Source of the DNA: Octopus vulgaris
Taxonomy: Eukaryota
NCBI GenBank assembly: GCA_951406725.2
Contig: OX597816.1
Location: 35,464,001-35,528,000, forward strand
DNA: 64,000 nt
Reading direction: 5' to 3'
Part shown: one piece after another, positions 25,811-39,745 of the stretch
Layout: every line of letters begins with the position of its first letter
Position numbering within the stretch: position 1 is the first letter of the stretch
Notes under the pieces: model-generated
Database searches by the model: none
The model's input: only the letters and a program-made list of their open reading frames with translations
Told to the model about the DNA's origin: nothing
Program-made: the position numbers and the translations under genes

Positions 25811-26060
25811 TTGACTTACGGCAACAAGAAAATGGAGGGGATGAGAATACCGGTAATTATCAAAATATATAACGTAGAACATACACAGTTGGATAGTCTT
25901 TTAAACCTGTTTCAGCCAAGTATTTATGGTGCCCCATTCGAATTTTATTCCTTCAGTGAACTGAAATATTTGGTAGATAAGATTAAGGTACTTAGGTGTG
26001 TCTCTGGGTTTCGTCAGAGAGATTAGGAAGTTCATAAGGTTAAGTTGTAAATATAGATAC
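25811..26060 (-). mobile_element. pLTR-like non-coding repeat abutting (TA)n; homologue of 27960-28330
   Basis: Reverse complement aligns by eye with 27990-28330 (CTGACGAA.CCCAGAGACACACC.AAGTACC...TTGG.TGAAACA.GT...CCCCTCCATTTTCTT). Confidence 0.7.
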
Positions 26061-26112
26061 ATGCATATATACACACTTAAATATACATACATATACACTA
26101 ATATGTGTATAT

Positions 26113-26450
26113 GCGCAGGAGTGGCTGTGTGGTAAGTAGCTTGTTTACCAACCACATGGTTCCGGGTTCAGTCCCACTGCGTGGATTTGGTACACGGAAA
26201 CTGAAAGAAGCCTCTTGTATATATGTATATATATATATGAGTGTGTGTTTGTTTGTCTGTGTTTGTCCCCCTAGCATTGCTTGACAACCGATGCTGATGT
26301 GTTTATGTCCCTGTCACTTAGCGGTTCGGCAAAAGAGACCGATAGAATAAGCACTGGGTTTACAAAATAATATGTCCCGGGGTCGAGTTGCTCGATTAAA
26401 GGCGGTGCTCCAGCATGGCCGCAGTCAAAATACTGAAACAAGTAAAAGAG
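26113..26450 (+). mobile_element. tRNA-derived SINE family B (CORE-like), internally deleted
   Basis: Head GCGCAGGAGTGGCTGTGTGGTAAG...GGGTTCAGTCCC, internal TA/TG microsatellite, tail CTGAAACAAGTAAAAGAG. Confidence 0.85.
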
Positions 26451-26538
26451 TAAATATACACAAACACACCCACACACCCACGTATACACATATATATAGA
26501 TATACATATATATATATATATGTATATATATAAATATA

Positions 26539-26582
<44 letters not shown>

Positions 26583-26605
26583 CATATATATATACATATA
26601 TATAC

Positions 26606-26735
<130 letters not shown>

Positions 26736-26905
26736 TTATATAATACAAAATGGGACAACAAAGCATCCAGACAGACGATACAAACGGAAAAAAACCGACA
26801 ATGTTACACAAATAAGATAAAATCAATAACAGGACATAACAACATGTGTCTTTCGACTAAGGACGAATTAAATTAAGCTGGCGTGTGTCGAAATGAAGCT
26901 GTACG

Positions 26906-27405
26906 GCAGGAAGATTCCTATTTAGCCTCTGTAAATATATAAGAATTCAAGTGAAATAAATCCACTGATTAAAAAAATATTTCATTTCTTTGAATTTTTT
27001 GCATAAGACCTAGTACAACTACTGCTTGTATCTCACTGAGATATTTAGAAATGTAATATTTCTATTTTTGTAATCAGTGGATTTATTTCACTAGAATTCT
27101 TATATGTTTACATGGCCTGGACAAGAATCTTCTACTAGCAGGCCATGCTACTCCAGACTGATGACGAGCAAGACTCAGAAACTAGTCTCTGGATGCAGGC
27201 TTAGCTGGGTGGGGGTGCTTGTCTCCCCCTTTTAAACATAAGGACACAGGAAATGTGTCAAGGCCGACAGGAAGCGTTGATGCGTCCTAGGGCTAAATAA
27301 CAGTGGTGTGATTACCTTCATATTACTGTCACATTAAGTTGACACTATACAACTACTCTATCATACTACTGCTGCTTATATCTCTCTGAGATATTTAGAG
27401 ATATA

Positions 27406-27408
<3 letters not shown>
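26906..27408 (+). mobile_element. Hammerhead-bearing pLTR-like unit (about 350-bp period) with a 5' inverted segment, ending at (TA)n
   Basis: Direct repeat 27014-27058 / 27365-27408; inverted repeat about 26906-26989 / 27047-27136; hammerhead at 27152-27193. Confidence 0.75.
27152..27193 (+). ncRNA. Minimal type I hammerhead ribozyme
   Basis: TCCAGA-CTGATGA-C GAG CAAGA CTC A-GAAAC TA GTC-TCTGGA. Perfect 6-bp stem I, canonical core, palindromic stem III ACTAGT, GUC site at 27185-27187. Confidence 0.85.
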
Positions 27409-27438
<30 letters not shown>

Positions 27439-27466
27439 CCTACATACATATATATTCATATAAACA

Positions 27467-27770
27467 TGATATATGTTTTCTATTGGGGGCTTTAGACAAA
27501 GGTCCTCAATAAGTGGGTTATAGTTTAGATTAATATCTGTGATATTGGTCGATACTAAATGTAATAAATTTCCGGATATTAATCGAGATACTTTATTATT
27601 TTCCATTATTTTTGCTTGTCGATTAGCTGAACGGAAATGATAAATTATATTTATTAATACCCGGAAATTTATTAATTTTAGTACCAACTAATATCGTAGA
27701 TATTAATATAAACTATAGCACACTTATTGTGGACCTGTGTCTAAATTCATCAATAGAAAACTTATCGCAT
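27467..27770. repeat. Diverged inverted repeat (about 125-bp arms, about 27470-27595 / 27645-27768)
   Basis: For example GGTCCTCAATAAGTG..TATAGTTTA.ATTAATATCT versus AGATATTAAT.TAAACTATAG..CACTTATTG.GGACC. Lies between TA-rich tracts. Confidence 0.75.
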
Positions 27771-27959
27771 GTTTATATGAATATATATGTTTGTGTATTA
27801 TTATTATAATTATATAAAAAACGATAAAAAAGAAAAATACGAACTACTGCAATAATCCTCCCCTCTCAACCATGTAATATGTATGTACCTAAGAGTATGT
27901 TTATACGTAAACATACATGTGTGTGTGTGTATGTATTCCTCATTTATATACTTATCCAT

Positions 27960-28330
27960 TCCTACATAACTACAATAATCGTAAGATATATGAACTTTCT
28001 AAACTCTGACGAAGCCCAGAGACACACCCAAGTACCATACTCTTATCGACGAAATACTTCAGTCCACTGAAGGGATGGAAGTATAGGGGTTACTATGGCC
28101 TCTTGGATGAAACATGTGCAAGAGACTATCTTACTTTCTATACTCTACGTTATAAATTTTAATAATTACTGGTATTTTTTATATATTATATGTATAAAGC
28201 ATAATGTTATACATGTATGTACATTGGTATATTGTTATAAGAGTTTTTTTTTTAATAAAGACATAATATAATGTCTAAAAGTTGATGAATACCACCTCGT
28301 AATCCCCTCCATTTTCTTATTGCTGTATAA
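27960..28330 (+). mobile_element. pLTR-like non-coding repeat with a split hammerhead-like core; homologue of 25811-26060
   Basis: CTGACGA at 28006-28012 and GAAACATGT at 28109-28117, closed by AGCCCAGAG / CTCTTGGAT. Confidence 0.6.
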
Positions 28331-28607
28331 ATGAAGGGTAAAAGACACTTTACACTCACCCATTTATTACATTCAGTAGTGTGATTTCCATGCAATGAAA
28401 AAGCACTTGTGTCTTAATAACTAGGTTTTCTACCAGCAGTATATTGGATAACTATTATCCCTTTGTTGGTTGGATTCACAACCTCTCTAACTTTCTTGGA
28501 ATATATATATATATATGGGGGGTATGTATGTATGCATCATTGAATTTATACATGCACATAGAGATGCACACACACACACAAAACTGTATATACATATATA
28601 TATATAT

Positions 28608-29427
28608 AAAAATTTAGCAATTAAGGACAACTTCTTAATAAGGAAAACTTAACAAGAAATTATCGGGTAGATAGCGTGAAAAGCCTCATAAGAGAAAAAA
28701 TTTCGAAAATAATTCTTTCTTATCGAACATATTAAATTTGTATATAGAGGGCATTATTATACATACATGCCACACGCTAAGAGGGACAAAATTAGTCATT
28801 TCTACCAAAAATTTTACTAATCCCACCGAATGCAATTTTTCAAAGTAAGACATTTAAAAATATGGACTTGTATCACCTGTGATTTCATACCTCTGTATTC
28901 ATCAGCAAGTCTGGACGTATTATAAATAAACGACCCTACATCGTCAAAGCCGGGCAGCCAACTGATCAACATCAACGACGCACATGGGTTAGTTTACATA
29001 TATTACATCCGGTAAATGGCAAACTTTTACGAATTGCATTTCGGGAAAGGAAAAGTTTTTTCGGAATAAAAATTTAGCAATTAAGGACAACTTCTTAATA
29101 AGGAAAACTTAACAAGAAACTATCGGGTAGATAGCGTGAAAAGCCTCATAAGAGAAAAAATTTCGAAAATAATTCTTTCTTATTGAACATATTAAATTTG
29201 TATATAGAGGGCATTATTATACATACATGCCACACGCTAAGAGGGACAAAATTAGTCATTTCTACCAAACATTTTTACTAATCCCACCGAATGCAATTTT
29301 TCAAAGTAAGAAATGTCTTACTTTGAAAAATTGCATTCGGTGGGATTAGTAAAAATTTTTGGTAGAAATGACTAATTTTGTCCCTCTTAGCGTGTGGCAT
29401 GTATGTATAATAATGCCCTCTATATAC

Positions 29428-29432
<5 letters not shown>
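28608..29432 (-). mobile_element. Non-coding retrozyme/pLTR-like element: 460-bp monomer, partial tandem copy and inverted tail, within (TA)n
   Basis: 28608-28850 is repeated almost identically at 29068-29310 (period 460). 29311-29432 is the reverse complement of about 29195-29310. Hammerhead at 28865-28911. (TA)n on both sides. Confidence 0.9.
28865..28911 (-). ncRNA. Canonical type I hammerhead ribozyme, intact
   Basis: Reverse complement reads GACTTG-CTGATGA-ATAC AGAG GTAT-GAAA TCAC AG GTGA TA-CAAGTC. All three stems pair perfectly; AUA cleavage triplet. Confidence 0.92.
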
Positions 29433-31310
<1,878 letters not shown>

Positions 31311-31367
31311 TTCTTTATATAATTCCACTCGTGCGGTACCTTACAACTTCACTTCGTTATATATACA

Positions 31368-31465
<98 letters not shown>

Positions 31466-31764
31466 ATATATATATATATATATATATATAGTCAATTTAG
31501 GGTAGCAAAAAATTCAATAGAAATTTATCGCTACCAACGGCCTAGTGGATAAGAGAAAATAGTCAACGACTAAGTATATAAATATAACAATTTAGGAATG
31601 ACCCTAACAGGTCATTCGTCCACCAGAAAGAGCAGCCATAACTCACACCGCCAAGTAGTAGTAATTCAAAAATTAGGTGAAAATTCAAAAACATTTACCC
31701 TAATTCATCTTTTATATATGCATATATGCATATATGTATGCATTTATATATGTAACTGTAAATG

Positions 31765-31798
<34 letters not shown>

Positions 31799-32779
31799 TG
31801 AGTGCGTGTGTTATATGTAGCGGGCTGGATGAAATATGTAATACCAGATTGATATGATATTGCCCACTAATAAAAGTTGCTTCCAAAGTTTCTCGCGTCG
31901 AAGTAACAGTAAACATGAAGGAATCAACACCAAGAATTAAGAAATATTACTTACATATGTTTATTTCTTTTGCCCGACAGGTAGTGAAAGAGACAAAAAC
32001 AGTTCTAATCATAGTGACAACAAGGTTGGCTCGCTGGTTAGTAGTTGATAGTGTAGAAAAAGTTTCTGTCAGTAGTGAGTGAAATAGTAAAGAATGCACG
32101 CTGCTGACTGGAATGGAAGAAAGTATATAGGAGGTATCGTCTTTCTTGCAGCCGAGGAAAGTGCTTCCCTTGATCATGGCTGACGCAAAAGAGTGCGTTG
32201 CACCTTGGTTATAGCTGACACAAAAGAGACTGTTGCTCCTTGGTAACATAAAAGAGGAAGAGATATATTAAGTTCTCTGCTGTATAGACTATGGTCAGTA
32301 ATATAGGTCAAACCCTAAACAAAGGACTGACCTTGCCTTGACCAGCACAGGTCCTATGGAGTCGGGTGTCATAAATCATCTGGTGTGGAGACGATTCATC
32401 GCTCGTTTTGAAAAGCAGCCAGCGGATGGATTTTGTTTCAAATCGCAGGCAGGATTAAGTGGGATCCCTACATCCCACCCCACACGCACAGACACACACA
32501 CACACACTCACACTCACACATACATACACACTCACACATACATACACACTCACACACACACATATGTAGATATAGCTGAAATTTACAGAAAACAAAAGTC
32601 AAAGACAGCTGTATTAGTTTGACACTAGGATAATTGAGAACGTCTTTTATGTTTCGAGCCTACGCTCTGCAAAAGGAAGGGAAAAATACACACACAGAGA
32701 ATATTGAAAACTTGTGAATTTAGCGACATATGAGTGTGTATGTATATATATATTTATATGTTCTGTGTGTGTGTGCGTG

Positions 32780-32812
<33 letters not shown>

Positions 32813-33539
32813 ATGTATATGCATAATATATAATTTACAGCCTTCAGCGTATTTATAACAGAGTGCCAATGTGATATTATAGCATAGTTAATTTTACTAA
32901 GAATTAGAAATGCTAAGCCGGTATGGTACATAAATCATGGATAGTTATTATGAAAGGTGTACATGTGATCTTCAGCACACAACAAAATGTAATGAACAAA
33001 CAAAATATTAATGTAGAAACAATTATTGGTAGTATACAAGTAACATTTAAAATATAAATTTAGTATATATACTCACCTCGAATATGTGTCCTTTATATAT
33101 TTTCAATTTATTTCAACACGACACACAAGTTGTAATTTTTAATATATACGAGTTTTTGCGAGAGTTAGATGTCGTAAATAAACTCTTAATAATATTTTCA
33201 AGTATTTAACAACCACTTTGTAATGTTTAGTTAACTAGTATATTTTTATTAACAAGGTTTGAATAATATCATAGATTACAGCGTATTTTCTGAGTAATTA
33301 GTGTGTGTTTTAGTCATATTTTCCATGTCGTTGTCAGCAATTGCTGGATGTTGTTGCACAAAATATTACCTCCATCTTATATCTGGCTCTTAGAAGCACG
33401 CTTCACATTGTCGTCAACTAGAATTTCATGGTATAAATATAAACTGTGTTATTTCTCACACATGCTGCAAGAGTTTCATAACACCTGAATATCGAGTCGT
33501 TGTTATATTCCACAGACACTAAGTGTTTATTTATGCATA

Positions 33540-33950
33540 GGCGCAGGCGTGGCTGTGTGATAAGAAGTTTGCTCTCACCCATATAGCTCTGGATTCAGTC
33601 TCACTGCGTGGCACCTTGGGCAGGTGACTTCTCCTACAGCCTTGGACTGACCAAAGCCTTGTGAAACTGAAAAGAATCCCCGTCGTATACATATATGGTG
33701 TTATATGTGTGGTTATGTGTGTGTCTGTCTTTCTGTCTGTCTGCGTTTGTATTCGTTCCACCGACATCACTTGACAACTGATGCTGGTGTGTTTATGTTC
33801 CTGTAACGTAGCTGTTCAGCAAAATACACCGATATAATAAATGCTATGCTTACAGAGAATACGTTTTGGGTTCGATTTTTTCAACTAAAACCCTTTAAGA
33901 CGGTGCTGCAGCGTGGCCTCAGTCAAATAACTAAAACAAGTAAAAGAATA
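33540..33950 (+). mobile_element. SINE family B
   Basis: GGCGCAGGCGTGGCTGTG head, CACCTTGGGCAG core, AAACAAGTAAAAGAA tail. Confidence 0.85.
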
Positions 33951-34636
33951 ACATAACAAAATAATATACACGCACTCTTTCTATCATTTAATAGGAAATA
34001 GATGATACATAATATTTCAATGTCCCTTTCTACATTAAAAGCCGTACCTTTCACACCATTTACCCCCCCCCCAGTGTTGCCGCTGAAATCCCAGCCCAAT
34101 AACTGACTAATCGAGTAAGAAAGGGCATTAACTTAATGTAGTCAGACTTACACTGTCACTAAAAATATGATTGGGATATCTTTGGTGACGGTCTGCCAAC
34201 ATGGGACACAGGCGATCTCTATTAAGCAACGACAGCAACACGTTCATGTGCTGTTAGTGTATTATTAGTGTTAGTAATAAGGGGATAAGCCTGAAACATC
34301 AGTGATGTTAGTGATGCTGTGGGTCGAGAGTCTGTGGGTTAGTGTGTTACTTCTGCAATTTCATTGTTGCTGTTGTTTAGTCCTCAAAATCAGCCCCTAC
34401 TCCATAAGATCTGCAAATAATCTTAGATGTCCCAGCTGCACCTATCCTTTGAGTGATTGCAAGCGTCTATCTTCCTGTTTATTACATACTGTATATCTAA
34501 GGAATAGCAGTTTTTTTAAAAATAAATGCAACGTTACTACACATCTGACAACGTATGTTTACATATGTGCGTCATGTACCGAAATACAGTACAGTATCAG
34601 AGGGTTGTTTGTTCGACGTTTGACAATGTATAATGG

Positions 34637-35086
34637 GGATCTTTTCGGTTTGAACGGCATTTTTTCTAGCGGTGTCATATGAAATTGTCACCCATAATTA
34701 TGACCCTAGTATCGATCTATTGCATTTCAATCTGTTTTAGGGTTAGGGTTAGTTATGGTTAGTTAAGTTTAGGCTTAGGGTTAGGGTTAGGGGTAGGGGG
34801 AAGGGTATTTTTTTCTTCAGAACTGTAAATAAACCAAATCTGTTTCTTAAACGAGGGACATATTCATACGGCACAGAATGTTTTCACCTCAATAGACGTA
34901 TTTGATTGGTTGAAATTGCAGAAATTGAAGAAAAAAACAACAAATATCTTACAAACTATAGAATGTTCTCAATAAAGCCAAGAGAAAAAGATGTTTTATA
35001 AACACATTCTACCAGTATACGAAGTTTAAATTTTTTTAGTTACCTAGAAATTATGTTAAAAACTGCCGTTCAAACCGAATAGATCC
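34637..35086. mobile_element. MITE with TIRs of about 23-30 bp, an 8-bp TSD and internal (TTAGGG)n
   Basis: TIRs GGATCTTTTCGGTTTGAACGGCA / TGCCGTTCAAACCGAATAGATCC. TSD TATAATGG at 34629-34636 and 35087-35094. TTAGGG repeats at 34737-34797. Confidence 0.92.
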
Positions 35087-36096
35087 TATAATGGTTAATA
35101 AATCAAACGTTCCCTTTCTATTGCGAGAGATTACTGCACTAATATACTGCCAAGAAAATATCATTAATAGTTTTGATGCGTTACTTCTGAGGTATAAACA
35201 TAGATTACAAATTACAAAATAATTTCCTCTGCTACAAACACTGATTAACATTAAGCAAAACCCCTTTTATCGTTTTTCACTTGTTTGCAGATACGGTAGT
35301 CTTTATAAGGTGGTTTTATTTTTCTTTCCTTCAGTGCTAGGAACCTCCCATATCTATATTCTGCTATCGAATGCAATGAAATCTCTTTCTAATTAACAAC
35401 TTGACTGATTCAATATATTGTGTCGCTGAGACATAGGTTTTAACATCTTACTTTGCTTCTTACATCAGCTACATTCATATTTTCAATATAGCTTTACATT
35501 TCTTAATGCGTTATGTATTGTTAATTCCCTATTGTGTACTTACCATTATTTTTTTGTAGCAGCACATATATCTACACACCTGTATTATGAGTTGATCTTC
35601 ATTTGGCTTACGTGTATATTTCTGGGTTCGTTATATATTATATATTTTATTGCTTTATTCCACTCTCTGATATTGTTTACATGTATGTACCATGCCAATT
35701 TATTTTTTTCTCCTGCACATTTCAAGTCAGTATATTTTCAACATAGCACATAGTTACGTGAGACACACGAACTTTTCCTTTATTTTGAATTCTGATACTC
35801 TGTTAACCTGCATTGTTTCTGTACCTTATCTTCAGGCTTTGTGTGTCTAAGTTCAAAGATCTTCAAGCGCAGGAATGTATTTGTGTGTGTATGCAAAAAT
35901 GCGTTTGCATTGTTATACGTTATTAGATTTTTGCGTGTGTATGCCCACGTATGTGTATATTCGTGTGTATACTTCTGTTTGTATGTGTGCCAATAATGTT
36001 GAGTGTATACATTGATATTCATCTAAATACGTGGGTATATGCGGGTGTGGTTTGTAAACACACACGCACGCACACACTCATACGCACACACACACG

Positions 36097-36152
<56 letters not shown>

Positions 36153-36523
36153 AATATACATGTGTGTGTGTGTTTGTAGTATTCAACGTGTACATATGCG
36201 CAAGTGAGTGTGTGTATAAACGCATGTATTTAAGATAGCATATTTTAGATTGATATAATGATTTGATATCATTGCATCATATATTCCTCTCTGGTATAGG
36301 CATAAGTATACATATAGCATGTATGTGGGAAGAACACTGCCAAAACATTCAACTTGAACGAAAGTCGAACGTCAGTGGTTGGAAGCTGTAACATAGAGCT
36401 ATAAGACCAAATGCAATTATGTGAAAAGAACGAGAATTTATAAAGCAATGAAAATGTTCAACCTAAATACTGCCAATTAATTTTCATATGTATATGCACA
36501 CACACACACACAAGTATATATAC

Positions 36524-36619
<96 letters not shown>

Positions 36620-36622
<3 letters not shown>

Positions 36623-36757
36623 CAAGAATAAGCACATAGATGTGAAACAAAGTGGAAAATATAGTACTCGAATACCGGAGGTAGAGTAATATGTTTTATT
36701 AATAAAGCTGCAACATCACACAAACTGATTTTGTGTTCTCTTTGCAGTTTTATTAAC
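36620..36757. repeat. pLTR-end-like fragment with an imperfect terminal hairpin; homologue of 37033-37169
   Basis: Shares ATGTGAAACAA.GTGGAAAA...AGTACTC.AATACC.G.GGTAGAGTAATATG.TTTATT with the second copy. Follows (TA)n. Confidence 0.7.
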
Positions 36758-36808
36758 AGAGTGTACACACGCATTTACGCACACAAACACACAAATACCC
36801 ATATATAC

Positions 36809-36972
36809 GCGTAGGAGTGGGCTGTGCGGTAAGTAAATTGCTTACGAACCACATGGTTCCGGGTTCAGTTCCATTGCCTGGCACCTTGGGCAAGTGTCTT
36901 CTACTATAGACTCGGGCCGACCAAAGCCTTGTGAGTGGATTTGGTAGACAAAAACTGATAGAAGCCTGTCGT
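36809..36972 (+). mobile_element. SINE family B, 5' half
   Basis: Head plus CACCTTGGGCAAGTGTCTTCTACTATAG, ending at the internal TA tract. Confidence 0.85.
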
Positions 36973-36987
36973 ATATATGTATGCATG

Positions 36988-37032
<45 letters not shown>

Positions 37033-37037
<5 letters not shown>

Positions 37038-37169
37038 GGAGTAAACACATAAATGTGAAACAAGGTGGAAAAAAGAGTACTCAAATACCAGTGGTAGAGT
37101 AATATGCTTTATTTTAAGCAGCAGAAAATTCAACAAAATGTTGTTGAATTTTCTGCTGCTTAAAATAAA
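37033..37169. repeat. pLTR-end-like fragment ending in a perfect 28-bp-arm fold-back, between (TA)n tracts
   Basis: TTTATTTTAAGCAGCAGAAAATTCAACA ... TGTTGAATTTTCTGCTGCTTAAAATAAA (about 37107-37169). Confidence 0.85.
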
Positions 37170-37175
37170 ATATAC

Positions 37176-37309
<134 letters not shown>

Positions 37310-38025
37310 TATATACCGTTAAACTTTTCTTTTTCTTCGGGACTGTCGTGTTATTTGTTATAATAGCAATGCTTTTTATATCAGTTCAACTCCTTTTTTT
37401 GAGGTTTTTTTCTTCGTTACACGTTTAATATTTTTGTCCGTTTGGCATCCACCTCTAGGAACTCCGTACATTATCATTCTCTTACCCTTGTTCGTCTGAG
37501 ATCAGTGAGTCGTAGTAGCGTTGGTACTTGAAAAGTATCATATAACCATTCCATCGGTTCTTCCATTCTCTTGGGTTCGCTCTCAAGGAATTTTTTTTCG
37601 GTTGGTCCGTGCAAACCGACCAACAAATTTTACGTAATGTGACGATTTTTTAGGTAAAATTTGTACAGAAAGACTATTTTTGGTTTCATAACTCGTTGTG
37701 GGTTTAATACCTCGTGAGTTTGTTAAATCATCGTCGCCACTGTTGTAATGCTTAATATCGGATTGTTATCACACCGACATCGGTATAGCAGTATAGATGT
37801 TAAAGCAGTAAAGACACGACTATAAAAGAAAGTCTACATCGTACTGTCTCCCTATACTAACTATCGAATAGCGACTATCCAGTCACTATCGTCACGTATG
37901 GAGTGTCTACCATTATTACCGTTATCCCCACAACACATACATATGTGTGCATGTATGTGTATATAAATATATGTACACACACACACACACACACACACAT
38001 ATCTATATATATATATACACGTGTG

Positions 38026-38082
<57 letters not shown>

Positions 38083-38637
38083 GTGTATGTGTGTATACAT
38101 GAACACCTTGCGCATGTGTTTGTTTGAGCGTGTTCATATATTTTCTTGTAACTCGGTGTGCAGATACTCACAAATTTTAAACACTGCTATATCTATAACT
38201 TTCCTTTTTTTCTCTCTTTCGTCTTCAATTAATTTGTAAATATTGCAAATAATAAAATAACCGGAGGCCCTATCTTGCTCTCTTTCGGTAAAGTGAATTG
38301 TAAGGAGAGCAGGTTATTTGTTGTTTAGCAAAACCAGTTTCCACTTACGATTTGATTGTAAAAATGCGCAGATTATGTCTGTTCTATTCTTCTGTATTGA
38401 CCCATAAATTTAAAGACGACTATTCAACCAAAGATGAGGCGTACGGTAAAATTATAAAATGGTCTTAGTATATATACACTGATGTTAACATCAACAAAAA
38501 AATATTCCATCGGGGAGAGATAAATAGTGTTTAAGAATATGTTTTTATATATGCGTTTTATGTGCTACGTGTCAGATGTCCTACCACAATCATCAGACAG
38601 TATTCACACGCCATGTAATCATATATATATGTATATA

Positions 38638-38707
<70 letters not shown>

Positions 38708-38761
38708 CTTATATGAATTGTGGTGGTGGATCGACAGACTCAAAGAGATCAATAGATATAT

Positions 38762-38792
<31 letters not shown>

Positions 38793-39119
38793 ACATCTAT
38801 TTTCTATTTCAGTTCTCTATAAAATAATCAAGGTTTCTTTTAATTATTTTATTTCATTGTTTCTACGTTTCCCTTATCTAATGTTTTAACTGCTCTTCGG
38901 TCATGTTTAAACCATGTTTCTTGAATATGCAATATATGTCCTACTTTTTATTTAAGTCAAATTTATATTTAATCATAAATATAGTTTTTTTAAATGTAAT
39001 TGGTACAATACGGAGTTTTAGTGATTTCCGTCAAACCTTTTGTAATATTTTAGCTATTTATCTGCTTTATTCGTCAGCCTATCAGTGTAAGAAGAGTGTC
39101 CATCTTGTTGCACTGTTTT

Positions 39120-39745
39120 AAGCAACATTTCTGCCTGTTCTTTGAATCCAGGGTAGTACGTTTTTTTTTTTCTCATTCGAGACGAAGAACTCCTTCTCTG
39201 AAATTTCTACCTCAATTTGGTTGGTGAAATATTGCGAGTGTAGGAAGTGAGTCATGGATCCGAGCAAGTTGTAATCCGAAAGAGCTAGGTCCGGCCTATA
39301 TGCTAGGTGTTCTTTGACATTTGTTCGATTCCTTGAAGTTCGGAGTGATTCAGGGTTGTTCGAGTGGAATAAGGTCTTGCAGAGTCTTGCAGCAGAAGAT
39401 CCAGCTTTCTGTCAACTAAAACGGAGGATTTTTGGCTCGCAGTGGCATACATTCATAAGTTTCCAAGCTCGTCAGATTTGCCGCTATGGCTTGGAGCACG
39501 GCTTTGAAATCCATAGTTTTAGACCTAATTTACTTTGCTTGAACGTCGAGGTTCAGCAACCCGAGCGAAATTTTTTTAACTATATGATTACAATACTGTA
39601 ATCAAATGCAACAACGTATCAGCGCACCAACTATCACGATACTACAAACATCATCAAACATCTTCGACATGCTGAACTGCTTGAAACCTATGATTTACTC
39701 GCTGCAAGCAAACATGTATATAAACATTACAAAACTTTCGACTCG
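39120..39745 (-). mobile_element. Mariner transposon relic
   Basis: Reverse complement of about 39255-39311 encodes HLAYRPDLALSDYNLLGSM, a decayed HPPYSPDLAPSDYHLFRSM motif. Boundaries approximate. Confidence 0.75.
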
